Below are positions 46,282 through 55,796 of a DNA stretch of 64,000 nucleotides, in pieces. Source of the stretch: Eubacterium sp. (GTDB taxonomy: Bacteria; Bacillota; Clostridia; Lachnospirales; Lachnospiraceae); contig JAFUVQ010000015.1 in NCBI GenBank assembly GCA_017477505.1, forward strand, positions 86,192 to 150,191. Direction: 5' to 3'. The notes beneath the pieces are model-generated. The model was not told where the DNA came from. It did not search any database and worked only from the letters and a program-made list of their open reading frames with translations. How positions within the stretch are numbered: position 1 is the first letter of the stretch; each line of letters opens with the position of its first letter. The translations under genes and the position numbers were made by a program.

Positions 46282-46312
46282 AAGGAGGTTCCGGGGATGA
46301 ACCTCCTTTTTT
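46282..46312 (+). terminator. Rho-independent terminator
   Basis: AAGGAGGTTC-CGGGGAT-GAACCTCCTT stem followed by a T-run. Confidence 0.85.
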
Positions 46313-46333
46313 GTTCTTTTTTAAGTTTTCAGG

Positions 46334-46362
46334 TTGACATGTACATTTTAATAGGGTAGAAT
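46334..46362 (+). promoter_or_regulatory. Sigma-A type promoter for the SSS transporter gene
   Basis: Consensus TTGACA (46334-46339), a 17-nt spacer, then TAGAAT (46357-46362), about 75 nt upstream of the ATG. Confidence 0.7.
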
Positions 46363-46436
46363 ACACTTTGGCTTTAGTGCATTAAAGCGATATAACACTA
46401 AAGTAAAACAAGAAAAAATATAAGAGGTAAAAAGTA

Positions 46437-47990
46437 ATGGCAATCAAAATCATCTTTCTTGTAATATTCTTCGGCGCCATGATAGGCATCGGATTTTATT
46501 CAAGATCAAAAGCTAAGAATGTAAATGATTACGTTCTCGGTGGTCGTACTGTGGGTCCGTGGATATCAGCATTTGCTTTCGGTACATCTTACTTTTCATC
46601 AGTTGTATTCATCGGTTATGCAGGACAGTTCGGATGGAAATTCGGTCTGGCTTCAACGTGGATAGGTCTTGGAAATGCATTTATAGGAAGCCTTCTTGCC
46701 TGGCTTGTACTTGGAAGAAGAACCAGGATCATGACACAGAAGCTGGATGCAAAGACTATGCCGGAGTATTTCGGTAAGAGATTTGATTCCAAGGCACTCA
46801 GGCTTGCCGGTTCAGTTATAGCATTTATATTCCTTGTTCCATATACAGCAGGCGTTTATAACGGTCTTTCAAAGCTTTTCCACATGGCATTTGCTGTAGA
46901 TTATCGTATCTGTGTAATCGTTATGGCTGCACTTACAGGAGTGTACGTAGTAGTAGGCGGTTATATGGCTACAGCACTGAATGACTTCATTCAGGGTATA
47001 ATAATGCTTATAGGTATCTGTGCGGTTATTTTTGCAGTACTTCACGGACAGGGTGGTTTCCTGAATGCTGTTAAGCAGCTTTCAGTTATTGAAACCGATC
47101 CTTCAGTTACAACAGCAGCACTTCAGGAAAGCCAGGGACTTTTTGCAAGTTTCTTCGGACCTGATCCGCTCGCTCTTCTCGGAGTAGTAGTACTTACATC
47201 ACTTGGTACATGGGGACTTCCTCAGATGGTTCAGAAGTTCTATGCAATCAAGGATGAAAAGGCAGTTAAGACAGGTACGGTTGTCTCTACATTTTTTGCA
47301 ATAATCATTGCAGGTGGTTGTTACTTCCTTGGTGGCTTCGGTCGTCTCTTCGGGGAAGTGAAGGGAGTTAAAGAGGTACTTGCAGACGGAACTGTTAAGG
47401 TGGCTTTTGATAATATAGTTCCTTCAATGCTTTCAACTCTTCCGGATATTCTGATCGGTGTTGTAGTTGTACTTGTATTTTCCGCTTCCATGTCTACACT
47501 TTCATCTCTGGTACTTACATCAAGCTCAACACTTACACTTGATCTGATCAAGCCTATTATGGGACAGAGACTTAAGGAGAAGACATCACTTCTTCTCATG
47601 AAGATATTCGTTGTATGCTTCATCGCAATTTCAGTTGTAATAGCATTTAATCCTCCTACATTCATAGCTCAGCTTATGGGTGTTTCATGGGGAGCGCTGG
47701 CAGGAGCATTCCTTGCACCGTTTATGTATGGCCTTTACAGCAGGAAGATTACAAAGGCTTCAGTTTGGGCAAGCTACATAGTTGGTGTCGGCTTCACTGT
47801 AGTAAATATGATCCACCCTATCATTAAGAGCCCTATCAATGCCGGAGCTGCAACGATGATAGCAGGTCTCATCATAGTTCCGCTTGTAAGTCTTATTACA
47901 CCTAAGCCGGATGCTGAGAAGGTTGACAATATCTTCGCATGCTATGACACAGTAGTTTCGGTTCCTGAGAGAGAGAATCTCGGAAAATAA
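46437..47990 (+). CDS. Sodium:solute symporter family (SSF) transporter
   Basis: About 13 TM segments. The N-terminal motif is NDYVLGGRTVGPWISAFAFGTSYFSS, and LPQMVQKFYAIKDEK is also present. Confidence 0.8.
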   Translation: MAIKIIFLVIFFGAMIGIGFYSRSKAKNVNDYVLGGRTVGPWISAFAFGTSYFSSVVFIGYAGQFGWKFGLASTWIGLGNAFIGSLLAWLVLGRRTRIMTQKLDAKTMPEYFGKRFDSKALRLAGSVIAFIFLVPYTAGVYNGLSKLFHMAFAVDYRICVIVMAALTGVYVVVGGYMATALNDFIQGIIMLIGICAVIFAVLHGQGGFLNAVKQLSVIETDPSVTTAALQESQGLFASFFGPDPLALLGVVVLTSLGTWGLPQMVQKFYAIKDEKAVKTGTVVSTFFAIIIAGGCYFLGGFGRLFGEVKGVKEVLADGTVKVAFDNIVPSMLSTLPDILIGVVVVLVFSASMSTLSSLVLTSSSTLTLDLIKPIMGQRLKEKTSLLLMKIFVVCFIAISVVIAFNPPTFIAQLMGVSWGALAGAFLAPFMYGLYSRKITKASVWASYIVGVGFTVVNMIHPIIKSPINAGAATMIAGLIIVPLVSLITPKPDAEKVDNIFACYDTVVSVPERENLGK

Positions 47991-47993
47991 TAT

Positions 47994-48037
47994 TAAAGGC
48001 CGTAGTTGTGCAAAAAATGCATAACTACGGCCTTTTT
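47994..48037 (+). terminator. Rho-independent terminator
   Basis: A 13-bp stem AAAGGCCGTAGTT ... AACTACGGCCTTT followed by a T-run. Confidence 0.85.
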
Positions 48038-48101
48038 TGGTTGATATAATACGTATTTCCTCCGAAGGGTTATGTAAGAGGAAACACGGTTTCTCATTAC
48101 A

Positions 48102-48132
48102 TAAAAAAATGGAGTCTGCTTTCGCAAACTCC
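48102..48132 (-). terminator. Rho-independent terminator downstream of tRNA-Gln
   Basis: The minus strand reads GGAGTTTGCGAAAGCAGACTCC followed by ATTTTTTT, 8 nt after the tRNA 3' end. Confidence 0.7.
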
Positions 48133-48139
48133 TCAGAAG

Positions 48140-48212
48140 CTGGGCTACTAGGATTCGAACCTAGAAAATGCCGGAGTCAGAGTCCGGTGCCTTACCATTT
48201 GGCGATAGCCCA
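48140..48212 (-). tRNA. tRNA-Gln (anticodon CTG)
   Basis: In the reverse complement, acceptor TGGGCTA pairs with TAGCCCA, the anticodon arm is CCGGA-CTCTGAC-TCCGG, the T arm is CTAGG-TTCGAAT-CCTAG, and the discriminator is G. It is 73 nt. Confidence 0.85.
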
Positions 48213-48302
48213 TTGTTTCACAACGCATGTTATTATATTATAGAGTTTTGAAAAAAGCAAGCACTTTTTGAATCTTTTTTATCTTTCTTTTTGTATATAA
48301 AT

Positions 48303-48346
48303 ACTCCGCACCATGTTATAATAGTGCGGAGTGGTTTTGTTTTTTC
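48303..48346 (+). terminator. Terminator-like hairpin with a U-tract in the leader of the ABC-2 operon
   Basis: A 9-bp stem ACTCCGCAC ... GTGCGGAGT followed by GGTTTTGTTTTTT, ending about 25 nt before the ATG at 48373. The loop contains TATAAT. Confidence 0.45.
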
Positions 48347-48372
48347 TTGCAGAAGTTTTTTGGAGGTAATAC

Positions 48373-49089
48373 ATGATTAAAGCTGAACACCTTACAATGG
48401 TTTACGGTAAGGATTTTAAGGCGGTAGAGGATCTTTCCTTTGAGATTAAGCCGGGAGAGATAGTAGGTTTTGCGGGACCTAACGGTGCCGGTAAGACAAC
48501 AGCTATCAAGATGCTGACAGGTATTCTTAAACCGACCGAAGGCGTAGCAACGGTAAATGGATTTGATATAGTGAAGGATCCTATAAAAGCAAAGGAGAGC
48601 TTCGCATACGTTGCGGACAATCCGGATATACTGCTTCAGCTTTCCGGAATCGAATATATCAATTACATAGCAAATCTTTATAAGGTTCCTATGGATAAGC
48701 GTGAGGAAAGAATAGGGGAACTTGCCGATCGTTTCGGTATCAGGGATTCCTTGGGGAGACCTATGAGAGAGTATTCTCATGGTATGAGACAGAAGACTAT
48801 GGTCATAGCGGCGCTTATTCATAATCCGCCTGCGTGGATACTGGATGAACCCATGACGGGACTTGATCCGACAGCTGCATATGAGCTGAAAAAGATGATG
48901 AAGGAACATGCGGAGAAGGGAAATGCTGTGCTTTTTTCAACTCATGTTCTTGAAGTCGCAGAGAAACTCTGTGACAGGATAATGATCATAAACCATGGAA
49001 AATCCCTTTACCAGGGAACCGTGGAAGACTTACAGAGTGAGCATCCGGGTAAAGACCTTGAAGCTATCTTTATTGATATGGTTAACTGA
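48373..49089 (+). CDS. ABC transporter ATP-binding protein (ABC-2 type)
   Basis: Walker A GPNGAGKTT, signature variant YSHGMRQK, Walker B WILDEPMTGLD. An RBS (GGAGG) is present. Confidence 0.9.
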   Translation: MIKAEHLTMVYGKDFKAVEDLSFEIKPGEIVGFAGPNGAGKTTAIKMLTGILKPTEGVATVNGFDIVKDPIKAKESFAYVADNPDILLQLSGIEYINYIANLYKVPMDKREERIGELADRFGIRDSLGRPMREYSHGMRQKTMVIAALIHNPPAWILDEPMTGLDPTAAYELKKMMKEHAEKGNAVLFSTHVLEVAEKLCDRIMIINHGKSLYQGTVEDLQSEHPGKDLEAIFIDMVN

Positions 49090-49100
49090 GGTAACAAACT

Positions 49101-50771
49101 ATGAATTTATCTGCAATCATTTCTCTTTCAAGGGTGCTCAGCAAGAATTCAGAGATGAAGATGCCGGACAGGAAACTGTATAAGGCATTGGCTCTGATCG
49201 CTGTACTCGGTATCATGATACCCTGTACATTTATCGTTGGCTTCATCAGCTATGTTATGACTGAAGCACTGATTGAGGTTGGAAATCCCGGAGGAGGGGT
49301 TCTTTTCGAAACCCAGATTCTGTCTGCTTTTTCTATGACATTCGGAATCATGGTCATATTCAGTATTATGTTCTTTTCATCTGACAGAGAGCATTTTACA
49401 ACACTGCCTATCAAATCAGAGACTCTTATGATGGCAAAGTTTTTCTTTGCATATTTTGCCGAGAGTGTTATGGAATTTCTGATATTGATAGCTGTTTTTG
49501 TGGGCTATGGCATAGCTATGGGAAGGAATCTGGGGCTTTGGGTTGCGATAAATCCCATTTCCCTTATATCCATGGCGGCCGGAGTGGTTCTTATCCCTCT
49601 TGTTCCCATGATTTATTGTGCTATCTTCAGTCTTATTCTTATGACAGGACTTGCGAAGTTCAAGAGTACGAAAATGTTCTATCGTACATCTACAATATTC
49701 CTGCTTCTTTTTGCACTGCTTTTCGTATATTCACTCCGCGGCATAGGCGATGTGAATATGGAAAACTATGTAGTGTCACTTGGAAGCGGAGATAATTCCT
49801 TCCTTCGCGTACTGAATATCATTTTCTTCACTGTTCCATGGCTTTCAGACGCTATCAGCAGTGGAAGTATACTTAAGCTTTTCGTGTATCTTCTTGCAAA
49901 TGTAACGCTGCTTTTTATACTTTATTTCCTTGGGAAACTGCTTTATCAGAGAGGACTTTATACGGCAGCGTCCCTTGGTTCTTCCACAAAGGCGGAGCTG
50001 AAGAAGGATGATATTAAAGAAGAAAGTCAGTTTGTATCGAGCCTCAAGAAGGAATTAAAGGTTATACTGCGTACCAAAGCATTTTCCGGTAACTGTGCAT
50101 ACATAAATGTACTCTGGCCTGCCGGGGCACTGGCGCTTCTGCATTTTACAAAAGGCAAAGAAGCTATGGCGGCATTCATAGATCAGTTCAGTACAGGAAA
50201 TGACAGGGCTGAAATGATACTCTTTATGATCATCATCGGAATATCATTTATCGCTACTGCGCTTAATTCGCTGGCTTCCACAGCCTTTACCAGAGAGGGA
50301 CAGCACCTTGAACTTATAAAGTTTATTCCTGTTCCATACAAGACGCAGATGCTTGCCAAGGCTGCGGTTTGCTGCATCTTTACAGCACCTATGCTTCTCA
50401 TAACTGATATAATAATATGCATTTACATGCATGCCTCGGTTTATATCTGTGTATTCTATGCTTTAATAATGCTGATGGGGCATGTGATAGCCCTTATAGT
50501 CGGGATGAGCATGGACAGTGCGGCACCTTACAGAGAATGGGATGATGAATACAGTGCCTTGCGTGGCAACCTGAATGTGTTTTTCAGTATGGCGGTAATG
50601 ATGGTAATCTGTATAGTTGCTATAGCCATCGGACTTATAATGCATGAATTATTAAAGCTTCCGATCTTCGCATACTATGTTGCGGCATTCCTGATATTAC
50701 TTGGAGTAATGATCAGAATGATATTTGTCGGACCGAAGATCATAGTCAGAAATATGGAAGAAATGTTTTGA
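49101..50771 (+). CDS. Polytopic membrane protein, putative ABC-2 exporter permease
   Basis: It has at least 10 hydrophobic segments and lies 11 nt downstream of the ATPase gene. I recognise no catalytic motif. Confidence 0.6.
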   Translation: MNLSAIISLSRVLSKNSEMKMPDRKLYKALALIAVLGIMIPCTFIVGFISYVMTEALIEVGNPGGGVLFETQILSAFSMTFGIMVIFSIMFFSSDREHFTTLPIKSETLMMAKFFFAYFAESVMEFLILIAVFVGYGIAMGRNLGLWVAINPISLISMAAGVVLIPLVPMIYCAIFSLILMTGLAKFKSTKMFYRTSTIFLLLFALLFVYSLRGIGDVNMENYVVSLGSGDNSFLRVLNIIFFTVPWLSDAISSGSILKLFVYLLANVTLLFILYFLGKLLYQRGLYTAASLGSSTKAELKKDDIKEESQFVSSLKKELKVILRTKAFSGNCAYINVLWPAGALALLHFTKGKEAMAAFIDQFSTGNDRAEMILFMIIIGISFIATALNSLASTAFTREGQHLELIKFIPVPYKTQMLAKAAVCCIFTAPMLLITDIIICIYMHASVYICVFYALIMLMGHVIALIVGMSMDSAAPYREWDDEYSALRGNLNVFFSMAVMMVICIVAIAIGLIMHELLKLPIFAYYVAAFLILLGVMIRMIFVGPKIIVRNMEEMF

Positions 50772-50837
50772 TTATGGAGAAAAAGGCATTTATTCGTGTA
50801 AATAATAGTTGACATAATATAGAAAGAGGTTAAGGAT

Positions 50838-51662
50838 TTGAATATTGGATTATGGAATGAATTAAAGATAGACAGAATTAAGGAGATAGGTGCTTACCTG
50901 ACGGACGGAACAGAGGATGTACTTCTTCCCATAAAGCAGCTTCCTAAGGCTTCCAAAAAAGGGGATATATTGAAGGTATTTATTTATCTTGATTCCAAAG
51001 ACAGACCGATAGCAACTGTAAATGAGCCGCTTATAACACTCGGTGAATTGGCAAGGCTTACTGTAAAGTCTGTGGCGGATTTCGGAGCCTTTGTAGATTT
51101 CGGGCTTGAGAGGGATCTCTTCCTTCCGTTTAAGGAGCAGACAACTAAGGTTGAGGCTGGAAAGGAATATCTTTTTAAGCTGTATCTTGATAAGACAGGC
51201 CGTCTTGCATTGACCATGCATCTTTATGACGACATGCTTCCGAATGATAAGTATGACAAGGGAGCAACTGTTAACGGCATTATCTATGATTACAAGAAGG
51301 GCTTCGGTGCATTTGTAGCCATAGATGATAAATACGCGGGACTCATACATGAGAGTGAACTTTTCAGCAAGGTTTATGTCGGTGACAATGTGACATGCCG
51401 GGTAATCAAGAGGAGAGAGGACGGAAAGACCGATCTTGCCATCCGAAAAGAGATTCATGAGCAGATGAATGAAGATGCCGAGATGGTATTTTCAGTAATA
51501 GAAAGTTATAACGGCCATCTTCCGTTTAATGATAAAGCTGATAAGGACCTTATCAAGAAGGAATTCGGACTCAGCAAAAATGCATTTAAGAGAGCCGTAG
51601 GGCATCTTCTTAAAGAAGGAAAGATCATCATTGGCGAAGATTGTATCGACATTGTTAAGTAA
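50838..51662 (+). CDS. cvfB: S1-domain RNA-binding protein CvfB/YitL family
   Basis: The N-terminus WNELKIDRIKEIGAYL plus repeated S1-like modules (DFGAFVDFG.., GFGAFVAIDDKYAGLIHESE) and a winged-helix-like C-terminus match the CvfB layout. The start is TTG. Confidence 0.7.
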   Translation: MNIGLWNELKIDRIKEIGAYLTDGTEDVLLPIKQLPKASKKGDILKVFIYLDSKDRPIATVNEPLITLGELARLTVKSVADFGAFVDFGLERDLFLPFKEQTTKVEAGKEYLFKLYLDKTGRLALTMHLYDDMLPNDKYDKGATVNGIIYDYKKGFGAFVAIDDKYAGLIHESELFSKVYVGDNVTCRVIKRREDGKTDLAIRKEIHEQMNEDAEMVFSVIESYNGHLPFNDKADKDLIKKEFGLSKNAFKRAVGHLLKEGKIIIGEDCIDIVK

Positions 51663-51675
51663 GAAGGTAAATACG

Positions 51676-53289
51676 ATGCTAAATAGTAAGAATCCTATTC
51701 TGGGAAATAAGATATATCTGTATCTGACTGAATTCTTTGCGGGAATGTCGGTTATGGCAGTAGAACTTGGAGCGAGCAGGCTGCTTGCTCCATATTTCAG
51801 TTCATCACAGATTGTCTGGACCATAATTATCGGGACCATAATGATCGCCATGGCCCTGGGAAATATCATGGGTGGAAGGTGGGCTGACAAAAATCCCGAT
51901 CCGGATAGGCTTTACGGAAGGATTATCATTGCAGCTATCTGGATAGCACTTATACCGGCTGTCGGAAAATATATAATACTCGGGATATCCGCGCTTCTGG
52001 TTTTTACCATAAACACGAATTTTCTGGTTATCGCTGCATTTGCGGCATGTATGGTGATTTTTGTATTCCCACTTTTCCTGCTGGGAACAGTTACACCTTC
52101 ACTGGTTAAATATACCGTTGACAGCCTTGACGACAGCGGAAAGACGGTTGGATATCTTAATGCGTCCAATACTATAGGAAGTATCATCGGTACATTTGTC
52201 CCGACCTTCATAAGTATACCGGCGGTAGGAACAAGCATTACATTTCTTATATTTGCCGGAATACTTCTGGCCCTTTCCATTGTTTACTTTATATCAGGGA
52301 AGAAACGTTCGGTGAAGGCTGTGGTCGGATGTATATTCTTTATCATCGCAATTATCTTCGGCCACTGGAATTCATTTGCTTTCTGGCAGCATGACCTTAC
52401 ATTTGAAGGGGAATCTATATATAACTATCTTCAGGTTTATGAAGATGACAGTAAAGTGGTGCTTTCCACAAATGTTCTTTTCGGAGTACAGTCGGTTTAT
52501 CGTAAGGAAAAGACATTAACCGGTATGTATTATGATTACGCAATGGCAGCGCCGTATATGGCGGGAGTCAAAGAAAAGGACAGCGTGGATGTCCTTATAC
52601 TCGGTATGGGTACTGGAACATATGCGACTCAGTGCGGGAGATATTTTGAAAATGTAAATGTTGAGGGCGTGGAGATCGACCAGAAGATTACGGACCTAGC
52701 ACATGAATATTTTGAACTTCCTGAAGATGTGAAGGTTACAACTTATGACGGAAGAGCCTTCCTGCAGGGGCTGGACAGTGACATTAAGTATGATGTCATA
52801 ATGGTGGATGCATATCAGGATATAACCATTCCGTTTCAGATGTCATCGAAGGAATTCTTCACACTTGTGAAGGCTCACCTTACGGACGACGGAGTAATGG
52901 TCGTAAATATGAATATGAAGACAGATACGCCGGGTGGAATAAATGAGTATCTGGCGGATACAATAAGTTCTGTTTTCGGATCGGTCTATACTGTTGATGT
53001 GACATACAGCACCAACCGTGAACTCTTTGCTTCGGATAACTCTGAAATCTTAAACAGAATGGCAGAAGGACTGGAGCAGGAGGATGACAGTACACTCCTT
53101 AATATGATGGAAAATGTAGAAAATGGACTCGTTACATATAAGGCCGGGGACAGGATACTCACAGATGATAAGGCTCCTGTTGAACTGCTGAGTATGAAGG
53201 CAATAGACGCCCTTATAAGGGATGAGGTTGCATATTATAAAGGCATTTACGAGGAGAAAGGTCTGAAGGGACTTTTGGAGGAATTATAA
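51676..53289 (+). CDS. Fused membrane domain + spermidine-synthase-like (SAM-dependent aminopropyltransferase fold) protein
   Basis: About 7 N-terminal TM segments. The C-terminal domain has VLILGMGTGTYA (SAM GxGxG) and YDVIMVDAYQD. ATG 51676 avoids the overlap with cvfB that the 51631 start would create. Confidence 0.7.
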   Translation: MLNSKNPILGNKIYLYLTEFFAGMSVMAVELGASRLLAPYFSSSQIVWTIIIGTIMIAMALGNIMGGRWADKNPDPDRLYGRIIIAAIWIALIPAVGKYIILGISALLVFTINTNFLVIAAFAACMVIFVFPLFLLGTVTPSLVKYTVDSLDDSGKTVGYLNASNTIGSIIGTFVPTFISIPAVGTSITFLIFAGILLALSIVYFISGKKRSVKAVVGCIFFIIAIIFGHWNSFAFWQHDLTFEGESIYNYLQVYEDDSKVVLSTNVLFGVQSVYRKEKTLTGMYYDYAMAAPYMAGVKEKDSVDVLILGMGTGTYATQCGRYFENVNVEGVEIDQKITDLAHEYFELPEDVKVTTYDGRAFLQGLDSDIKYDVIMVDAYQDITIPFQMSSKEFFTLVKAHLTDDGVMVVNMNMKTDTPGGINEYLADTISSVFGSVYTVDVTYSTNRELFASDNSEILNRMAEGLEQEDDSTLLNMMENVENGLVTYKAGDRILTDDKAPVELLSMKAIDALIRDEVAYYKGIYEEKGLKGLLEEL

Positions 53290-53382
53290 TAAATATTGAG
53301 CAGTTTTTATTTTTTAATCTTATTTTAAGGTTCAGATATTATCTTTCGTATTATAATAAAGCATTGAAGGGAGATGACTTAA

Positions 53383-54936
53383 ATGGACGAAAGATGGAAT
53401 GGAGAATACAAATATGATTATGGTTATGGCAGCAAGGCTGCCGATTCGTCCGCAACAGAATACGGTACGGTAAGGGACTCAATGTACGGAGCTACTGATG
53501 CATATGCAGGAAGTGGTGCATATAATGGAGAGGGCAGCTACTCCGGAGACAGTACGTACAGCGAGACATATTCCGGGGATGGTGCATACAGCGAGACTGC
53601 ATATTATGGAGATTCCGGAGTTAAAGGTACGGATGCACATTACGGAAATAAAATGACCCGGGATACTGAAGGCATTAACTCCGGTACAGATAGAATTAAT
53701 AAGAGTGAGACCGCAAAGGTAAAGCATAATAAGACGAAGACTACCGTAGGTCAGAAGATTGCAAAGACTGCGGCATACGGCCTTGTATTCGGAATTGTTG
53801 CCGGAAGTGCATTCGGTGGTGTTAGCTACGGAATATCAAAGCTTACGGGCGGTAAAGAGGTTACAGAAGAAACAGCTTCTACCGATAATTCAAAGGGCGT
53901 TGCGGTACAGACTACGAGTACTGCATCAAATACGTCCGGAACTCTTAATTATGATGTTGCAGAGATAGCTGCGAAAGCAAAGACATCTATCGTATCCATC
54001 AATACTGTAACGAAGAAGACGGTTCAGTATTTCTTCCAGTCCTATGAACAGGAATCAAAAGGTGCCGGAAGCGGCATAGTTATAGGGCAGACGGATGATG
54101 TGCTTTACATTTCCACAAATTATCATGTTATAGAAGGTGCCAGTACAATTACGGTCGGTTTCAGCGATGGAAGTCTCATAGAAGCAGACGTAAGAGGTTA
54201 TGATTCGGATTATGATATAGCGGTTCTTGAAGTAAAGAAAACCGATATTTCGGAGGATACCATGAATGCTATAACAGTTGCGGCTGTTGGAGATTCGGAT
54301 ACGATACAGGTTGGCGAGCCGGCTATAGCAATGGGTAACCCTCTTGGAATAGGCCAGTCGGTAACAGTTGGTTATATCAGTGCCCTTTCAAGAACTATCA
54401 GTGATTATTCCGGTAACTTCATCCAGACGGATGCAGCCATTAATCCGGGTAATAGCGGTGGCGCGCTCCTGAACGGTAAAGGAGAGGTTATAGGTGTTAC
54501 ATCGTCCAAATATGTAGACAGCTCTGTTGAAGGCATGGGTTTTGCCATACCTATCAATAAAGCCATGGAACTTATAAATGATATTATAAATGGTAAAAGA
54601 AGCCTCTATATCGGAATTACCGGAGTTGACATAACGTCTGACTATGCTGCAGTATACGGACTGCCTGAAGGTATATATATAAAGGATATTGAAGGCGGTT
54701 CGCCGGCAGAAAAAGACGGACTTATGGCAGGAGACATTATTTCCTATGTTGATAACGAAGATGTTACAACTATGGAAGAACTCTCAAGGCTTATCAAATC
54801 ACATGAAGCAGGTGATGAGATCACTCTCGGGGTATATCGTCAGAATTACGGTGGAAGATATGAGCTTACTGAAGTGACTGTCACTCTCGAAGAAGGACAG
54901 GTCAAGGTAAACGGGGAAGATACTACTGAAGAGTAG
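53383..54936 (+). CDS. htrA: HtrA/DegP-family serine protease (Tyr/Ser/Gly-rich cytoplasmic tail, TM, trypsin-like domain, PDZ)
   Basis: The catalytic triad contexts are TNYHVIEG, YDIAVLEV and NPGNSGGALLN. The PDZ domain reads GIYIKDIEGGSPAEKDGLMAGDII. The TM segment is TAAYGLVFGIVAGSAFGGV. Confidence 0.9.
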   Translation: MDERWNGEYKYDYGYGSKAADSSATEYGTVRDSMYGATDAYAGSGAYNGEGSYSGDSTYSETYSGDGAYSETAYYGDSGVKGTDAHYGNKMTRDTEGINSGTDRINKSETAKVKHNKTKTTVGQKIAKTAAYGLVFGIVAGSAFGGVSYGISKLTGGKEVTEETASTDNSKGVAVQTTSTASNTSGTLNYDVAEIAAKAKTSIVSINTVTKKTVQYFFQSYEQESKGAGSGIVIGQTDDVLYISTNYHVIEGASTITVGFSDGSLIEADVRGYDSDYDIAVLEVKKTDISEDTMNAITVAAVGDSDTIQVGEPAIAMGNPLGIGQSVTVGYISALSRTISDYSGNFIQTDAAINPGNSGGALLNGKGEVIGVTSSKYVDSSVEGMGFAIPINKAMELINDIINGKRSLYIGITGVDITSDYAAVYGLPEGIYIKDIEGGSPAEKDGLMAGDIISYVDNEDVTTMEELSRLIKSHEAGDEITLGVYRQNYGGRYELTEVTVTLEEGQVKVNGEDTTEE

Positions 54937-54971
54937 AAGAGTATCTGATTTCATTATCCGGAGATACAAGA

Positions 54972-55739
54972 ATGAGATTGGACAGATTTCTGTCAGAAAT
55001 AGGAATAGGCACAAGAAAGAATATAAAACAGTTGATCAAGGCAGGCAGGATTTCCGTGAATGGGGAGATTGCCAAAAGCTCTGATATGAAGATAGATGAG
55101 AAAACCGCTGTGGTCACATTTGACGGAAAACCTCTGCAGTATAGGGAGTATGAATATTATATGCTCCATAAGCCTGCAGGGGTTGTTTCTGCGACTGAGG
55201 ACAGGGCTCATAAAACAGTTATAGACCTGATAACCGAAACGAAAAGAAAAGACCTTTTTCCCGTTGGCAGACTTGATATAGATACGGAAGGACTGCTTCT
55301 GATCACAAATGACGGTGATATGGCACACAGGCTTCTGGCACCTGAAAAGCATGTGGATAAATGCTATATGGCTTATATTAGAGGTGAACTGACCGGAGAA
55401 GATATCCGGAGGTTTGAAACGGGAATAGATATCGGAGAGGATGGCGAGGAACAGATGACTGCTCCGGCTGCTCTTAGAGTTATACGTTCCCTTACTCCTG
55501 ATAATGATAATAATAATGATAATGATGATGATAACGATAATGACGCATGTTTACAGGAAGTCGAGGTAACCATACATGAAGGTAAGTATCATCAGATAAA
55601 GCGTATGTTCGCCGCTCTTGGTAAAGAAGTCGTATATCTGAAGAGGCTTTCCATGGGAAGCTTAAGACTGGATGAGAAGCTGCTTAAGGGAGAGTACAGA
55701 AGACTGACGGATGAAGAGATAAATAATCTGAAAAAGTGA
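54972..55739 (+). CDS. Pseudouridine synthase, RsuA/RluB family (S4 domain + catalytic domain), with an Asp/Asn low-complexity insert
   Basis: The S4 domain reads MRLDRFLSEIGIGTRKNIKQLIKAGRISVNG. The catalytic Asp context is FPVGRLDIDTEGLLLITNDG. HEGKYHQIKRMF is also present. Confidence 0.85.
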   Translation: MRLDRFLSEIGIGTRKNIKQLIKAGRISVNGEIAKSSDMKIDEKTAVVTFDGKPLQYREYEYYMLHKPAGVVSATEDRAHKTVIDLITETKRKDLFPVGRLDIDTEGLLLITNDGDMAHRLLAPEKHVDKCYMAYIRGELTGEDIRRFETGIDIGEDGEEQMTAPAALRVIRSLTPDNDNNNDNDDDNDNDACLQEVEVTIHEGKYHQIKRMFAALGKEVVYLKRLSMGSLRLDEKLLKGEYRRLTDEEINNLKK

Positions 55740-55763
55740 ACAGTTTCATTGATAGACAAAAAT

Positions 55764-55790
55764 ATTCCCCGGATTTGATATCCGGGGAAT
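55764..55790. terminator. Hairpin between convergent genes (likely bidirectional terminator)
   Basis: ATTCCCCGGA-TTTGATA-TCCGGGGAAT, flanked by an A-rich run on one side and a T-rich run on the other. Confidence 0.7.
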
Positions 55791-55796
55791 TGTTTA

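Noticed and set aside
42869-48212. Possible genomic island bounded by the two minus-strand tRNA genes
   Set aside because: I could see no integrase, recombinase or transposase, and no direct repeat of a tRNA 3' end. The enclosed genes (phosphatase, DHH, symporter) look like core genes with normal composition.
48037-48243. 68-aa + strand ORF
   Set aside because: It covers the tRNA-Gln gene and its terminator in antisense, so it is an artefact of ORF calling.
48316-48909. 197-aa minus-strand ORF opposite the ABC ATPase gene (similar cases: 50862-51458, 5375-5929, 6050-6556, 23090-23572, 24429-24842)
   Set aside because: All of these overlap sense-strand genes carrying canonical catalytic motifs. 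They have biased, non-protein-like composition.
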